Shown one piece after another: positions 1 to 11,326 of a DNA stretch of 64,000 bases; the stretch's first letter is position 1; every line of letters begins with the position of its first letter. The DNA lies in NCBI GenBank assembly GCA_029560465.1, contig JAKQKX010000102.1, positions 68,601 to 132,600 of the forward strand, in the 5' to 3' direction. Source of the stretch: Candidatus Omnitrophota bacterium (GTDB taxonomy: Bacteria > Omnitrophota > Gorgyraeia > Zapsychrales > JANLHA01). The position numbers and the translations under genes were made by a program. Below the pieces are notes generated by a model. The model was given only the letters and a program-made list of their open reading frames with translations, made no database searches and was not told the origin of the DNA.

Positions 1-172
1 CATGTTTACGGCCACTATGGACCGCGACAGTAAATCCCACAAACTCCGGAGTAATCGTTGACCGCCTGGACCACGTCTTAATCGGTTGCCTCTGCCCGGA
101 CTCAATCATCCTCCGGAGTTTCTTTTCCAAATCTTCGGCCACAAACGGGCCTTTCTTTATTGACCTAGGCAT
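1..172 (-). CDS. rpsS: 30S ribosomal protein S19 (partial, runs off window start)
   Basis: Manual translation from ATG at 172: [57 protein letters not shown]; follows rplB as in the S10 operon. Confidence 0.97.
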   Translation of the reverse strand, partial: MPRSIKKGPFVAEDLEKKLRRMIESGQRQPIKTWSRRSTITPEFVGFTVAVHSGRKH

Positions 173-173
173 G

Positions 174-1016
174 TCACTTTGTCCTTCGCTTAACGATAAA
201 TCGATTGGAATATTTTTTTAATTTTCGCGTCTTCTTCCCCTTGGTGGCTATGCCCCACGGGGTGACCGGATGGGGGTTCCCCTGCGGGGCCTTCCCCTCA
301 CCTCCACCGTGAGGATGGTCGATCGGGTTCATCGCCACACCGCGGACATGTCCCCGCCGGCCTAACCAGCGGCTGCGGCCGGCTTTCCCGATCGAACGGC
401 TCTCATGTTCCACATTCCCAAGCTGACCGATCGTCGCCCGGCACTTACCGCGCACCTTACGGACTTCACCGGAAGGAAGCCTTAAGAGGACGAGATCCCC
501 TTCCTTAGCGATCAGCTGAGCCGAGGTGCCGGCTGAACGGACAATCTGTCCACCTTGCCCCGGAGACAACTCAACATTATGGACAGCGGTTCCTAACGGG
601 ATATTAAACAACGCGAAACAATTCCCGGCCTTAATATCCGCATTCCCCTCTTTGACGCTGATAACGTTATCCCCCACGCGTAACTCCAACGGAGCCAGAA
701 TATAAGACTTTGATTTATCAGGGTATTGGATCAACGCAATCCGGACAGACCGATTGGGGTCATATTCAATAGCCAAGACCTCGGCTTGTTCCTCAAACCG
801 CTGACGCTTAAAATCGACCAAACGGTACATCCGTTTGTGCCCGCCGCCCCGCCAACGCACGGTGATCCGGCCATACATATTCCGACCGCCGCTTTTCTTC
901 AATGGGCGCAGCAAAGCTTTCTCAGGCGTGGATTTTGTAATCTCAGAAAAGTCTGAAAGCGCGGTGTGCCGCAATCCGTTTGTTACTGGTTTATATCGTT
1001 TAATACCCACTGACAT
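174..1016 (-). CDS. rplB: 50S ribosomal protein L2
   Basis: GGGHKR, EYDPNRS and [17 protein letters not shown] motifs. Confidence 0.99.
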   Translation of the reverse strand: MSVGIKRYKPVTNGLRHTALSDFSEITKSTPEKALLRPLKKSGGRNMYGRITVRWRGGGHKRMYRLVDFKRQRFEEQAEVLAIEYDPNRSVRIALIQYPDKSKSYILAPLELRVGDNVISVKEGNADIKAGNCFALFNIPLGTAVHNVELSPGQGGQIVRSAGTSAQLIAKEGDLVLLRLPSGEVRKVRGKCRATIGQLGNVEHESRSIGKAGRSRWLGRRGHVRGVAMNPIDHPHGGGEGKAPQGNPHPVTPWGIATKGKKTRKLKKYSNRFIVKRRTK

Positions 1017-1028
1017 TCCCTCACTTAA

Positions 1029-1307
1029 TTATGTTACGTCGATTTTAAATCCCTGTTGAAGCGTGACAATGGCTTTTTTCCATTGTGACGTGTAGCCAAA
1101 CTGCTGCCGGACCCTCTTGCGTTTTGCCGGCATAATAACCGTGTTGACCGTCGCCACTTTCACTTTATAAATTTCTTCCACGGCTTTCTGGATTTCAATC
1201 TTATTGGCGTCCAGCGCGACTTGAAAGAGATATTTCCCCTGGGGCTCCAAAGCCGACCCCTTCTCGGTTCGTATTAAAGACTGGACAATATCATAACTTG
1301 TAATCAT
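1029..1307 (-). CDS. rplW: 50S ribosomal protein L23
   Basis: TEK, ANKIEI and WKKAIVTL motifs; operon position. Confidence 0.98.
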   Translation of the reverse strand: MITSYDIVQSLIRTEKGSALEPQGKYLFQVALDANKIEIQKAVEEIYKVKVATVNTVIMPAKRKRVRQQFGYTSQWKKAIVTLQQGFKIDVT

Positions 1308-1308
1308 T

Positions 1309-1938
1309 TTATTCTGTCCCTAAACGTTTTAAAATTTTCTCCAAAGCGGTCTTGGTTAACAGCAATTTCTTGTTTTTCATCACATCATAAGCGTTAACAT
1401 CTTCCGCTCGGGTGACCTGAAAACGGGGGATATTGCGGCTCACCAGACGCACGCTCTCGTCGCTCCCGTCCAGGAGCGCCAGGACCTTCCCACGTTCAAC
1501 CCAAAGTTTCAAAATTTTAGCGAAATCCTTTGTTTTTGAAAACTTCTCTGTCAGTTCGGTTACACAAAGCAAATCATCGGCTTTATATTTCGCGTTCAGG
1601 CTTTCTTTCAGGGCGCATAATCTCATTTTTTGAGGAATCGCATAACGGTAATCCCTCGGATGCGGCCCAAAAACAACCCCACCCCCCACATAATTGGGCG
1701 CCCGGGTTGACCCGGCTCGAGCCCGGCCAGTACCTTTTTGCCGATACGGTTTTCTCCCACCTCCGGAAACAGCGCCACGCTCTTTGGTGGACGCATTTCC
1801 CTCCCGCAGACACGCCTGGTACATCACAACGGCCTGATGGATCACAGAAGAATTCACATGCTGCCCAAAAATCTGATCCGGAAGATCAACTTTTCCTACT
1901 TCTTTACCGCTTTTATCTAAAATTGGTATTTGTGACAT
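1309..1938 (-). CDS. rplD: 50S ribosomal protein L4
   Basis: VSGGGRKPYRQKGTGRARAGS and GGGVVFGP motifs. Confidence 0.99.
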   Translation of the reverse strand: MSQIPILDKSGKEVGKVDLPDQIFGQHVNSSVIHQAVVMYQACLREGNASTKERGAVSGGGRKPYRQKGTGRARAGSTRAPNYVGGGVVFGPHPRDYRYAIPQKMRLCALKESLNAKYKADDLLCVTELTEKFSKTKDFAKILKLWVERGKVLALLDGSDESVRLVSRNIPRFQVTRAEDVNAYDVMKNKKLLLTKTALEKILKRLGTE

Positions 1939-1955
1939 AACTTAAACCTGCTGTC

Positions 1956-2666
1956 TTACGCTTTCTTTCCTTTAGCTTTAGCTTTACTTTGTTTCATCGG
2001 GTTCTTCTTATGAAGAACGACTGCGGCCTTTTCCTCCAAAGACTGGAATTGCCGTTTCCTGGACAGTTTAATTTCCACGATGGAATTTCTCGCACCCGGA
2101 ACCGCCCCTTTAATCACCAACAAATTCTTATCCACATCAACTTCCATAATGCGCAAACTCTGCACCGTCACGCGCTCAGCGCCCATGTGCCCGGGCATAT
2201 GCTGACCGCGGTAGACCCGAGACGGATCAGAACTCGCCCCTATGGAACCGACCCTCCGGTGATGCATGGAACCGTGACCTGCCGGCCCACCGGACCAATT
2301 CCAACGCTTCATCCCTCCGGCAAATCCCTTTCCTTTTGATATCCCTGACACGTCCACAAAATCCCCGGCCTTAAAAATATCGGCCTTGATTTCCTGCCCG
2401 ACCTGATAATCCTTGTTATCATTTGATCTGAATTCCCGGATAACACGGGTCGGAGCAACTCCAATCTTTTTAAAAAAAGCCAACTGCGGCTTACGAACCC
2501 TCGACTCTTTTGTGGCCTCAAACCCCACCTGAATCTTCAATGGGGACTCTTTCAACGCCAGAACAGGACATGGGCCGGCCTGAATCACCGTTACCTCAAG
2601 GATATTCCCTTCCTTGTCAAAAATTTGAGTCATACCAATTTTCTTACCGAGTATTCCGAGTATCAT
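1956..2666 (-). CDS. rplC: 50S ribosomal protein L3 with basic C-terminal tail
   Basis: GKKIGMTQ, SKGKGFAG, HGS and KGAVPG motifs. Confidence 0.99.
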   Translation of the reverse strand: MILGILGKKIGMTQIFDKEGNILEVTVIQAGPCPVLALKESPLKIQVGFEATKESRVRKPQLAFFKKIGVAPTRVIREFRSNDNKDYQVGQEIKADIFKAGDFVDVSGISKGKGFAGGMKRWNWSGGPAGHGSMHHRRVGSIGASSDPSRVYRGQHMPGHMGAERVTVQSLRIMEVDVDKNLLVIKGAVPGARNSIVEIKLSRKRQFQSLEEKAAVVLHKKNPMKQSKAKAKGKKA

Positions 2667-2701
2667 CTTCTCTCTCCCATGTCAACAAACGTGGCAAGGA
2701 T

Positions 2702-3004
2702 TTACTGCTTAATTTCCACATCGACCCCTGCCGGCAAATTCAGCTTTCGCAAAGCCTCCACAGTCTTAGCCGTCGGATCCAAAAGGTCTATCAGACGTTT
2801 ATGGATCGCCAGGTGAAACTGTTCCCGAGACTTTTTGTCGATATGCGGGGACCGCAATACGGTGTACAATTCCCTTTTTGTCGGCAAAGGAACCGGGCCG
2901 GAAACTCTGGCCCCCGTACGGATCGCCGTATCGACAATTTCTTGCGCTGACTGGTCAATCAGCCGATGATCATAAGCTTTTAATTTTATTCTGATTTTCT
3001 GCAT
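2702..3004 (-). CDS. rpsJ: 30S ribosomal protein S10
   Basis: [19 protein letters not shown] and [13 protein letters not shown]; start placed at ATG 3004 by homology (ORF track starts at GTG 3019). Confidence 0.98.
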   Translation of the reverse strand: MQKIRIKLKAYDHRLIDQSAQEIVDTAIRTGARVSGPVPLPTKRELYTVLRSPHIDKKSREQFHLAIHKRLIDLLDPTAKTVEALRKLNLPAGVDVEIKQ

Positions 3005-3013
3005 AACGCATCC

Positions 3014-3058
3014 GATCACCCCCGCGCCGCCGTGTTGCGTTGCGGCACGAAGCCGATC
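3014..3058 (-). promoter_or_regulatory. Long GC-rich hairpin in tuf-rpsJ spacer, covering a G-rich SD-like sequence
   Basis: Minus strand GAUCGGCUUCGUGCCGC pairs with GCGGCGCGGGGGUGAUC (16 pairs including G-U, one mismatch). Confidence 0.5.
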
Positions 3059-3086
3059 ATAACCTCATTGAATGTAGTACCTGTTA

Positions 3087-4280
3087 TTAAGCAATAACTT
3101 CGGAAACAACGCCCGCCCCTACTGTACGGCCGCCTTCACGAATAGCAAAACGCAATTCTTTTTCCAACGCAACCGGAGTGATCAGATCAACGGTCAATTC
3201 AATGTTATCGCCGGGCATACACATTTCTACGCCTTCCGGTAAAACGGCATTCCCGGTAACATCGGTAGTCCGGAAATAAAATTGTGGCCGGTATCCCTTA
3301 AAAAACGGGGTATGGCGGCCACCTTCTTCTTTCTTTAACACATAGACCGTGCCCTTAAATTTTGTATGAGGCGTAATAGAACCCGGCTTGGCCAAAACCA
3401 TCCCGCGCTCAATCGCATCTTTATCCATACCGCGCAATAACAACCCGACATTATCTCCAGCCTGGCCTTCATCCAGTTCCTTGCGAAACATTTCCACGCC
3501 AGTGACAACGGTTTTCTGAATATCAGGGCGCAACCCGACACAATCAACTTCTTCCCCAACCTTAACCCGTCCTCTCTCAATACGGCCCGTCGCAACCGTT
3601 CCACGTCCCGAGATGGAAAAAACGTCTTCCACAGCCATTGAAAACGGCTTATCGAGTTCACGGACAGGCTCCGGGATATAATCATCCACCGCCTGCATCA
3701 AATCCAAAATCGGCTGAATCTTTTCAGGATTCTCGATATCGTTCAGAGCGTCCAAAGCGCTCCCCTTGAGAATCGGGGTTTTGTCCCCATCAAACTGGTA
3801 TTTAGATAACAGTTCTCGGACTTCCAGCTCAACCAGATCCAAAAGCTCTTTGTCCTCAACCTGATCACATTTATTAAGGAAAACGACAAGCCGCGGAACG
3901 TTCACCTGGCGGGCCAAAAGAATGTGTTCCCGAGTCTGGGGCATAGGGCCGTCAGCCGCGGAAACCACGAGGATCGCCCCGTCCATTTGGGCAGCACCAG
4001 TAATCATGTTTTTAATATAATCGGCGTGACCAGGGCAGTCAATATGGGCATAATGGCGTTTGTCGGTTTCATACTCCAAATGTGCGATATTAATCGTGAT
4101 CCCGCGTTCCTTTTCTTCCGGAGCGTTATCGATAGAATCATAACTGCGGATTTGAGCCAACCCTTTTTTATGCAAAATCATGGTTATGGCCGCACTTAAG
4201 GTGGTTTTCCCGTGATCAACGTGACCGATGGTCCCGATGTTCAAATGCGGTTTATTCCTTGTAAATTTTTCCTTAGCCAT
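3087..4280 (-). CDS. tuf: Elongation factor Tu
   Basis: [26 protein letters not shown] and [10 protein letters not shown]. Confidence 0.99.
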   Translation of the reverse strand: MAKEKFTRNKPHLNIGTIGHVDHGKTTLSAAITMILHKKGLAQIRSYDSIDNAPEEKERGITINIAHLEYETDKRHYAHIDCPGHADYIKNMITGAAQMDGAILVVSAADGPMPQTREHILLARQVNVPRLVVFLNKCDQVEDKELLDLVELEVRELLSKYQFDGDKTPILKGSALDALNDIENPEKIQPILDLMQAVDDYIPEPVRELDKPFSMAVEDVFSISGRGTVATGRIERGRVKVGEEVDCVGLRPDIQKTVVTGVEMFRKELDEGQAGDNVGLLLRGMDKDAIERGMVLAKPGSITPHTKFKGTVYVLKKEEGGRHTPFFKGYRPQFYFRTTDVTGNAVLPEGVEMCMPGDNIELTVDLITPVALEKELRFAIREGGRTVGAGVVSEVIA

Positions 4281-4309
4281 GACATTCCTCCCTTTTATTA
4301 CAATTCTTT

Positions 4310-6412
4310 TTACGTTCTTCCGGCTTTTACCATAGTTTCTTGTCGTAAGCCTTTAATTTTTTCCATAACATGATATGGAACTTCAGCGTAAAACGCTGGC
4401 TCCATTGAAAAAGAAGCCCGACCCTGAGTTAAAGAACGGAGAGCATTTGCGTAATTAAACATTTCCGCCAACGGCACTTCACAGCGTGCGATCTTAAGTT
4501 TCCCCCGTGTCCCAAGATTGACGATCTTGGCCCGCCGCGTGTTGAGGTCTCCCATCACCGAGCCCATAAACTCTTCCGGAGCGGAAACTTCAAGGTCCAT
4601 AACCGGCTCTAAAAACACAGAATGTCCTCTCTGCAATCCTTCCCGAAGAGCCGCTTTGCCTGCCAATTGAAAAGCCAGTTCGCTGGAATCCACTTCATGA
4701 TAAGATCCATCCACCAATGTCACAACAAAATCCGTTACCGGATAACCCGCAAGAATACCATTCAAGGCGCCCTCACGGATCCCTTTCTCAACCGCCGGAA
4801 TGTATTCCCGGGGGATCGAGCCCCCTTTAATCCGGTTATCAAAAACAACCCCGTCTCCTGGCTTCTCCGCCGGAGCGATATTAATCACACAATGGCCGTA
4901 TTGACCACGCCCGCCTGTTTGAGAAACGAATTTCCCGACAATCCCGGTTACTTTCTCAGTGATCGTTTCCCGGTAAGCAACCTGCGGCCGGCCGATATGG
5001 GTTTCCAGATTGTTTTCCCGCTTCATACGATCAATGATAATGTCCAGGTGCAATTCTCCCATGCCGGAAATAATGGTCTGCCCCGTTTCATGATCGTACT
5101 GCACCCGCAAAGACGGGTCTTCATCCAGGAATTTCCGCAAAGCAAGGCCAAGCTTATCCTGATCCGCTTTGGTTTTCGGTTCAATCGCCATAGAAACAAC
5201 CGGTTCAGGGATTTTCATGCTCTCAATAAGGATCTGCTGGGTATCATCACAAATCGTGTGGCCGGATTTCGTCTCCTTCAACCCCACCAAAGCAACGATC
5301 TCGCCGGCCCCCACCTTAGGAACAATTTCCTGTTTGTTCGCATGCATGACGACAATTTTAGCGACCCGCTCTTTGGCCCGGACGCTGGAATTATAAATAG
5401 TCGTGCCAGAGGTTATAACCCCGGAATAAATTCTCGTGTAAAAAAGTTTCCCGACATAAGGATCTGCGGCGATTTTAAAAACCAGCGCCGCTAACGGGGC
5501 CTCTGAAGATGCCAGGCGCTCCGTTGGCTCCTGAGTGCGCGGGTTTATCCCTGGAAGAGGCGGGACATCAAGAGGAGAGGGCATGTAGTCGACAACCGCA
5601 TCCAGAAGAAGTTGAACACCGCGTTTTCTCAAGGACGTCCCCACCATCACCGGGATAAACCGATTTTGAATCACCTCGCGGCGAATAACCGATTTGATTT
5701 CATCGGCGGGAACTTCTTTCTCCTCAAGAAATCTCATCATGATCTGATCATCAACGTCCGCCAAGGCCTCCAGCAGAAGATGATAATATTTGTCAGCTTT
5801 TTCTTTTAAGTGATCAGGAATCGCCACGCGCTCCAGCGCAAGCCCATCCTCATCTTTATAAATAACGTACTGCTGGTTGATAACATCAACGATCCCTTTA
5901 AAATTGTCTTCTGTCCCGTCCGGGAAATTAATGGCGGCCGCGTTGCAGCCCAAACGGTCGTGAATCTCATCAATAACCCGGTCATAATCAGCCCCCAGCC
6001 TGTCAATTTTATTAACAAAAATCATCCGGGGGACATGATAACGGTCAGCCTGGCGCCAGACGGTTTCTGTCTGGGACTGCACCCCGCCCGATGCGCAAAG
6101 AACGACCACAGCGCCATCCAAGACTTTCAGGGAACGTTCAACCTCGACGGTAAAATCAACGTGTCCGGGAGTGTCGATAATATTAATTTTATTATTTTTC
6201 CAGTAACAGGTCGTACTCGCGGACATAATCGTGATTCCCCGCTCCTGTTCTTGCGCCATAAAATCCATGGTCGTGTTGCCGTCATCAACATTCCCCATTT
6301 TATGAATAACGCCACAATAATAAAGAATCCGCTCTGTCGTTGTCGTTTTACCGGCATCTATGTGAGCAATAATCCCGATGTTTCTAATATCTTTTAAAGA
6401 AATTTGTTCCAT
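4310..6412 (-). CDS. fusA: Elongation factor G
   Basis: [34 protein letters not shown] and SYHEVDSS; str operon position. Confidence 0.98.
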   Translation of the reverse strand: MEQISLKDIRNIGIIAHIDAGKTTTTERILYYCGVIHKMGNVDDGNTTMDFMAQEQERGITIMSASTTCYWKNNKINIIDTPGHVDFTVEVERSLKVLDGAVVVLCASGGVQSQTETVWRQADRYHVPRMIFVNKIDRLGADYDRVIDEIHDRLGCNAAAINFPDGTEDNFKGIVDVINQQYVIYKDEDGLALERVAIPDHLKEKADKYYHLLLEALADVDDQIMMRFLEEKEVPADEIKSVIRREVIQNRFIPVMVGTSLRKRGVQLLLDAVVDYMPSPLDVPPLPGINPRTQEPTERLASSEAPLAALVFKIAADPYVGKLFYTRIYSGVITSGTTIYNSSVRAKERVAKIVVMHANKQEIVPKVGAGEIVALVGLKETKSGHTICDDTQQILIESMKIPEPVVSMAIEPKTKADQDKLGLALRKFLDEDPSLRVQYDHETGQTIISGMGELHLDIIIDRMKRENNLETHIGRPQVAYRETITEKVTGIVGKFVSQTGGRGQYGHCVINIAPAEKPGDGVVFDNRIKGGSIPREYIPAVEKGIREGALNGILAGYPVTDFVVTLVDGSYHEVDSSELAFQLAGKAALREGLQRGHSVFLEPVMDLEVSAPEEFMGSVMGDLNTRRAKIVNLGTRGKLKIARCEVPLAEMFNYANALRSLTQGRASFSMEPAFYAEVPYHVMEKIKGLRQETMVKAGRT

Positions 6413-6416
6413 TAAA

Positions 6417-6887
6417 TTACCACCTCAAATGCGCAAAAGCCTTGTTTGCCTCAGCCATCTTATGCGTCTCGTCTCTTTTCTTAATCGCAGGACCTTCAGA
6501 TTTATAAGCCGCTAAAAGTTCATCCGCTAATTTTACTGTCATCGGTTTGCCCTTCTTTTTACGGGCAAAATCCCGAAGCCAGCGCAACGCCAAAGAATTT
6601 CCACGGGGCCCGGTCACCTCGATCGGAATCTGATAAGTAGCACCACCAACACGCCTCGGCTTCAGCTCCAAACGCGGACGGATATTATCAATAGCCTTAT
6701 TAAAAACCTTCAACCCGCTCTCTTCGTGGGTTTTCTGTTTAAGAATATCTAGTGCACCATAGACAATCTTTTCTGCAACTGTCTTTTTACCTTGAATCAT
6801 CAACGTGTTAATAAACTGCGCTACAAGGGCACTATCGTATTTAGGGTCGTATGCTGCTTCCCTTTTCTCTGCTTTTCGTCTTCTCAT
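6417..6887 (-). CDS. rpsG: 30S ribosomal protein S7
   Basis: RRVGGATYQ and HKMAEANKAFAH. Confidence 0.99.
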   Translation of the reverse strand: MRRRKAEKREAAYDPKYDSALVAQFINTLMIQGKKTVAEKIVYGALDILKQKTHEESGLKVFNKAIDNIRPRLELKPRRVGGATYQIPIEVTGPRGNSLALRWLRDFARKKKGKPMTVKLADELLAAYKSEGPAIKKRDETHKMAEANKAFAHLRW

Positions 6888-7258
6888 TACTTCTCTCTCT
6901 TGGTTCCATATTTTGACCGTGATCGTTTCCGTTTAGCCACACCCGTTGTATCCAGGGTCCCTCTCACGATATGATAACGCACGCCCGGCAAATCTTTTAC
7001 GCGACCGCCCCGGACCAGAACGATGGAGTGCTCCTGCAAATTATGACCTTCCCCAGGGATATAAGCCGTGACTTCAATCCGGTTCGACAAACGGACACGT
7101 GCAATTTTCCGCAAAGCCGAATTCGGTTTTTTCGGGGTCATCGTTTTCACCTGCAAGCAAACACCTCTTTTTTGAGGGCATTGGTCCAATGCAGGAGATT
7201 TAGTTTTCTTGTTTTTCAGGCTGCGACTCTTGCGAATCAGCTGTTGTATCGTTGGCAT
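6887..7258 (-). CDS. rpsL: 30S ribosomal protein S12
   Basis: [17 protein letters not shown] and [12 protein letters not shown]. Confidence 0.99.
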   Translation of the reverse strand: MPTIQQLIRKSRSLKNKKTKSPALDQCPQKRGVCLQVKTMTPKKPNSALRKIARVRLSNRIEVTAYIPGEGHNLQEHSIVLVRGGRVKDLPGVRYHIVRGTLDTTGVAKRKRSRSKYGTKREK

Positions 7259-10200
7259 ATTTCACCGTTTCCACTTGGTCATAAAGTTTAAAACCCGTAC
7301 CTGCAGGGATCAAGTGACCCACAATTACGTTTTCTTTCAAGCCACGTAAAAGATCGATTTTACCAGACGCCGCTGCTTCTGTCAAGACTCTTGTCGTCTC
7401 TTGAAAACTGGCCGCGGATATAAAACTCTCCGTCGTCAAAGACACTTTAGTGATCCCTAACAGCAGTGGCGTGGCTTGAGCCGGTTTACCTTTTTTCTTT
7501 AGAGTGGCTTCATTCGCTTTTTTGAAATGCATACGGTCAATCTGTTCTCCGACGAGGAAATTGGTGTCCCCGGAGTCTTCGATCTTAACCTTCTTGAGCA
7601 TCTGAGAAATAATCAATTCGATATGCTTATCATTAATCCTCACGCCCTGCAGACGGTAGACTTCCTGGATCTCGTTCAGCAAATATTCCTGCAACACTTT
7701 ATCACCGCAGACGCGAAGAATATCATGCGGGACAACCGGCCCATCCGTCAATTGTTGGCCGGCAAAAACCCGGTCATTTTTATACACTGTCGGATGCTTC
7801 CCGTGCGGGATTGTATACTCTTTTAACATGCCGGTGGTGCTGCGCACTACAATCGTGCGGAGCCCTTTCCGGTCTTCCCCGAATTCAACAGATCCATCAA
7901 TTTCGGAAATAATCGCCGGGTCCTTGGGGCGCCTGGCCTCAAAAAGCTCCGCAACCCGTGGCAGACCGCCGGTGATGTCCCTTGTCTTTCCAACACCTCG
8001 AGGAATTTTTGCGATAAGGTCACCCGCGTTGATCAGCTGTTTATCGCTGACCAGGATATGCGCGCCGACGGGGATCGAATAAATACCGACAACCTCTTTT
8101 TTATCATCCGTGATAATAATCTGCGGATGATATTCCAGCTTATGTTCAACCACAACGCGCTCTGTAATCCCTGTGATCGGGTTCTGTTCCTGCTGCACCG
8201 TGACATCCTGAATCAGGTCTTCGGAATTGACAACCCCCTTGACTTCCGTGATGATTGGAATCGTATACGGGTCCCAGGTCGCAAAAATTTCATTCTCGTT
8301 AATTTCCACCCCATCAGCATACTTGATCGTAGCCCCCTGGGGCAGCTGATGACGCTCAAATTCCCGGCCATATTCGTTATTAATGCTGACCGCGCCGTTT
8401 CGGTTAAGGACAACGAACTCTTTATTACGCTCGACGACACGCAACTGGTGATATTTTATAATCCCTTTACTCTTAGAACGGTAGAAGGACTGCTCCACCG
8501 CGCGGCTCGCCGTCCCCCCGATGTGAAAAGTCCTCATGGTCAACTGGGTTCCAGGTTCACCGATACTTTGGGCGGCAATAACACCGACCGCCTCGCCGAT
8601 CTCCACTAAACGCTGGGTGGCCAGGTTGCGCCCATAGCACTTAATACAGGTCCCGGTCTCGGATTCACAAGTTAAGACACTGCGGATCCTCACCTTTTCA
8701 ATCCCCAATTGCTCGATCATCGTGGCTTTTTCTTCGGTGATCTCTTCGCCCGCTTCCACGACAACTTGATCCGTAATAACATCAACAATGCTATCTAAGG
8801 CAACACGGCCAATGATGCGTTCCCGCAGACTGACCACCAGTTCATCCCCTTCGACGATAGCAGAAACTGTAATTCCGTTTAATGTCCCGCAATCCTGTTC
8901 GGTCACCACGCATTCCTGAGCGACATCCACCAACCGGCGGGTCAGGTAACCGGCATCCGCGGTTTTCAACGCCGTATCCGCGAGCCCTTTCCGGGCCCCG
9001 TGCGTAGAAATAAAATATTCCAAAACAGTCAGCCCCTCCCGGAAACTCGCGGTAATCGGGTTCTCAATAATCTCTCCAGAAGGCTTCGCCATCAAACCGC
9101 GCATCCCCGACAACTGGCGAATCTGAAGGCGGGATCCCCGCGCCCCGGAATCAGCCATGATAAAAATGGGATTAAAAGCCGCCATCTGCTTAAACACCAA
9201 ATCAGAAATTTTCTCTGTCGTATGCGTCCAGATATCGATAATTTTGTTGTAGCGTTCCCGGCCGGTGATGATCCCCTTGCGATACTGGTCCTCGACCTTG
9301 GCAACCTCCTGCTTGGCCTCCTTGATATGGACCTCTTTTTCCTTCGGGCTGGTCAAGTCGGAAATCGCAATGGATATCCCTGCTTTGGTGGCCATGTTAA
9401 AACCAAATTCTTTGAGGCTATCCAGCAAATTGACCGTCGTGTGCTGCCCAAAACGCTTATAACAGTCGGCGATAACCGCCCCGATCTGTTTCTTATCCAT
9501 GGTATCGTTCACGAACCCGAAACCCTCCGGGAGCAGCTCATTAAACAAAATACGCCCAACGGTGGTTTCAATGATCGGCTGATTAGACACTTTCCGCGGA
9601 TGAGCGCCGGATTCTTCACCGCCTACGTCTCCTTCCTGAGAAATAACCAGAGAAGGTTTTTCATCCCCCCAGACATGCTGCTTCAAGCGAAGCTTGATGC
9701 CCGTGTGTAAATTAAGCTGCCCATCATTATAAACAATAATCGCTTCCTCTTTGGTTCCGAAAAGGCGAGGGTCCTGGTCCTCCTCCCGGTCTTTCGTCAA
9801 ATAATATAACCCTAAAACCATATCCTGGGTCGGAGACACAATCGGCCGTCCATCCGCCGGGGAAAACAGGTTGTTCACCGACAAAAGTTGCAGGCGACAT
9901 TCGATCTGCGCTTCCAGCGACAACGGTAAATGAACCGCCATCTGATCCCCGTCAAAATCCGCGTTGAAAGCAGTACAGACTAAGGGATGAAGCTTAATGG
10001 CCTTCCCTTCAACCAGCACCGGCTGAAACGACTGGATGCTTAAACGGTGCAATGTGGGGGCGCGGTTAAGCATAATCGGGTGGTCTTTGATGACTTCATC
10101 TAAAATGTCCCACACCTCAACTTTGGCCCTTTCCACCATCCGCTTGGCGCCCTTGATCGTATGGACAAATCCTTTTTCACGCAACTCCCGAATAATAAAC

Positions 10201-11324
10201 GGCTCAAACAACTCGAGAGCCATTTTTTTAGGAAGCCCGCATTGGTGCAATCTGAGAGTCGGACCGACAACGATAACAGAACGGCCGGAATAATCCACGC
10301 GTTTCCCGAGCAGATTCATGCGGAAACGACCCTGCTTGCCTTTGAGCATATCGGACAAGGACTTCAAGGGCCGGTTCCCGGAACCCAACACCGGGCGCCC
10401 GTGACGGCCGTTATCCAAAAGCGCGTCCACAGATTCCTGAAGCATGCGTTTTTCGTTACGGATAATAATTTCCGGCGCTTTTAAATCAATCAATTTCTTC
10501 AAGCGATTATTCCGGTTGATAACCCGCCGGTACAAATCGTTCAAATCGGATGTGGCAAAACGTCCGCCTTCCAAAGGAACCAAAGGACGAAGGTCCGGAG
10601 GGATGACAGGGATAACGTCCAAAACCATCCATTCCGCTTTATTCCCTGATATTTTGAAATCCTCGACGATCTTGAGAGTTTTAGCGATCTTCTTGGCATT
10701 GGTCCCGGCCGGAGTCGCTTTCTCCATATCTTTTCGGAGCTTTTTGCACAGGACGCCGAGGTCGATTTCTTTTAAAAATTCCCTCACCGCTTCGGCGCCA
10801 ATCTTAGCCTTAAACGCCCCGCCGTATTTCACCAGCGCTTCCTGATATTTATCTTCAGACAAAAATTCTTTTTTCTTGAGAGGGGTATCGCCCGGGTCAA
10901 TCACAACGTATTCTTCATAATAAATCAGTTTCTCAAGATCACGCAAAGAAATCTGCATCAAAGCGGACAGACGGCTGGGCACGGCCTTATAAAACCATAT
11001 ATGCGTGACAGGGCAGGCCAACTCAATATGCCCCATCCTCTCTCGGCGGACGGATGAGCGGGTCACCGTTACCCCGCAGCGGTCACAGGTAATCCCTTTA
11101 AATTTAATCCCCTTGTATTTTCCGCAGTTACATTCCCAATCCCGAACCGGGCCAAAAATCCGTTCGCAAAATAATCCGTCCTTTTCCGGCTTTAAAGTCC
11201 GGTAATTCAACGTTTCGGCCTTTTTAACAACGCCATGCGACCATGATTTGATCACTTCTGGCGCTGCGATCCGGATCGTGATACGGTCTTCCTGCTGAAG
11301 CTGTTCTTTTTTAGTGGTGGACAT
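7200..11324 (-). CDS. rpoC: DNA-directed RNA polymerase beta' subunit
   Basis: Zinc-finger CERIFGP...CNC...CDRC, catalytic [16 protein letters not shown] trigger loop followed by an SI3-type insertion. Confidence 0.99.
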   Translation of the reverse strand: MSTTKKEQLQQEDRITIRIAAPEVIKSWSHGVVKKAETLNYRTLKPEKDGLFCERIFGPVRDWECNCGKYKGIKFKGITCDRCGVTVTRSSVRRERMGHIELACPVTHIWFYKAVPSRLSALMQISLRDLEKLIYYEEYVVIDPGDTPLKKKEFLSEDKYQEALVKYGGAFKAKIGAEAVREFLKEIDLGVLCKKLRKDMEKATPAGTNAKKIAKTLKIVEDFKISGNKAEWMVLDVIPVIPPDLRPLVPLEGGRFATSDLNDLYRRVINRNNRLKKLIDLKAPEIIIRNEKRMLQESVDALLDNGRHGRPVLGSGNRPLKSLSDMLKGKQGRFRMNLLGKRVDYSGRSVIVVGPTLRLHQCGLPKKMALELFEPFIIRELREKGFVHTIKGAKRMVERAKVEVWDILDEVIKDHPIMLNRAPTLHRLSIQSFQPVLVEGKAIKLHPLVCTAFNADFDGDQMAVHLPLSLEAQIECRLQLLSVNNLFSPADGRPIVSPTQDMVLGLYYLTKDREEDQDPRLFGTKEEAIIVYNDGQLNLHTGIKLRLKQHVWGDEKPSLVISQEGDVGGEESGAHPRKVSNQPIIETTVGRILFNELLPEGFGFVNDTMDKKQIGAVIADCYKRFGQHTTVNLLDSLKEFGFNMATKAGISIAISDLTSPKEKEVHIKEAKQEVAKVEDQYRKGIITGRERYNKIIDIWTHTTEKISDLVFKQMAAFNPIFIMADSGARGSRLQIRQLSGMRGLMAKPSGEIIENPITASFREGLTVLEYFISTHGARKGLADTALKTADAGYLTRRLVDVAQECVVTEQDCGTLNGITVSAIVEGDELVVSLRERIIGRVALDSIVDVITDQVVVEAGEEITEEKATMIEQLGIEKVRIRSVLTCESETGTCIKCYGRNLATQRLVEIGEAVGVIAAQSIGEPGTQLTMRTFHIGGTASRAVEQSFYRSKSKGIIKYHQLRVVERNKEFVVLNRNGAVSINNEYGREFERHQLPQGATIKYADGVEINENEIFATWDPYTIPIITEVKGVVNSEDLIQDVTVQQEQNPITGITERVVVEHKLEYHPQIIITDDKKEVVGIYSIPVGAHILVSDKQLINAGDLIAKIPRGVGKTRDITGGLPRVAELFEARRPKDPAIISEIDGSVEFGEDRKGLRTIVVRSTTGMLKEYTIPHGKHPTVYKNDRVFAGQQLTDGPVVPHDILRVCGDKVLQEYLLNEIQEVYRLQGVRINDKHIELIISQMLKKVKIEDSGDTNFLVGEQIDRMHFKKANEATLKKKGKPAQATPLLLGITKVSLTTESFISAASFQETTRVLTEAAASGKIDLLRGLKENVIVGHLIPAGTGFKLYDQVETVKYANDTTADSQESQPEKQEN

Positions 11325-11326
11325 AA

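Noticed and set aside
4310-6412. Divergent EF-G2 or ribosomal-protection paralogue
   Set aside because: Some drift near switch I, but all GTPase and domain IV motifs are intact and the gene is in the str operon
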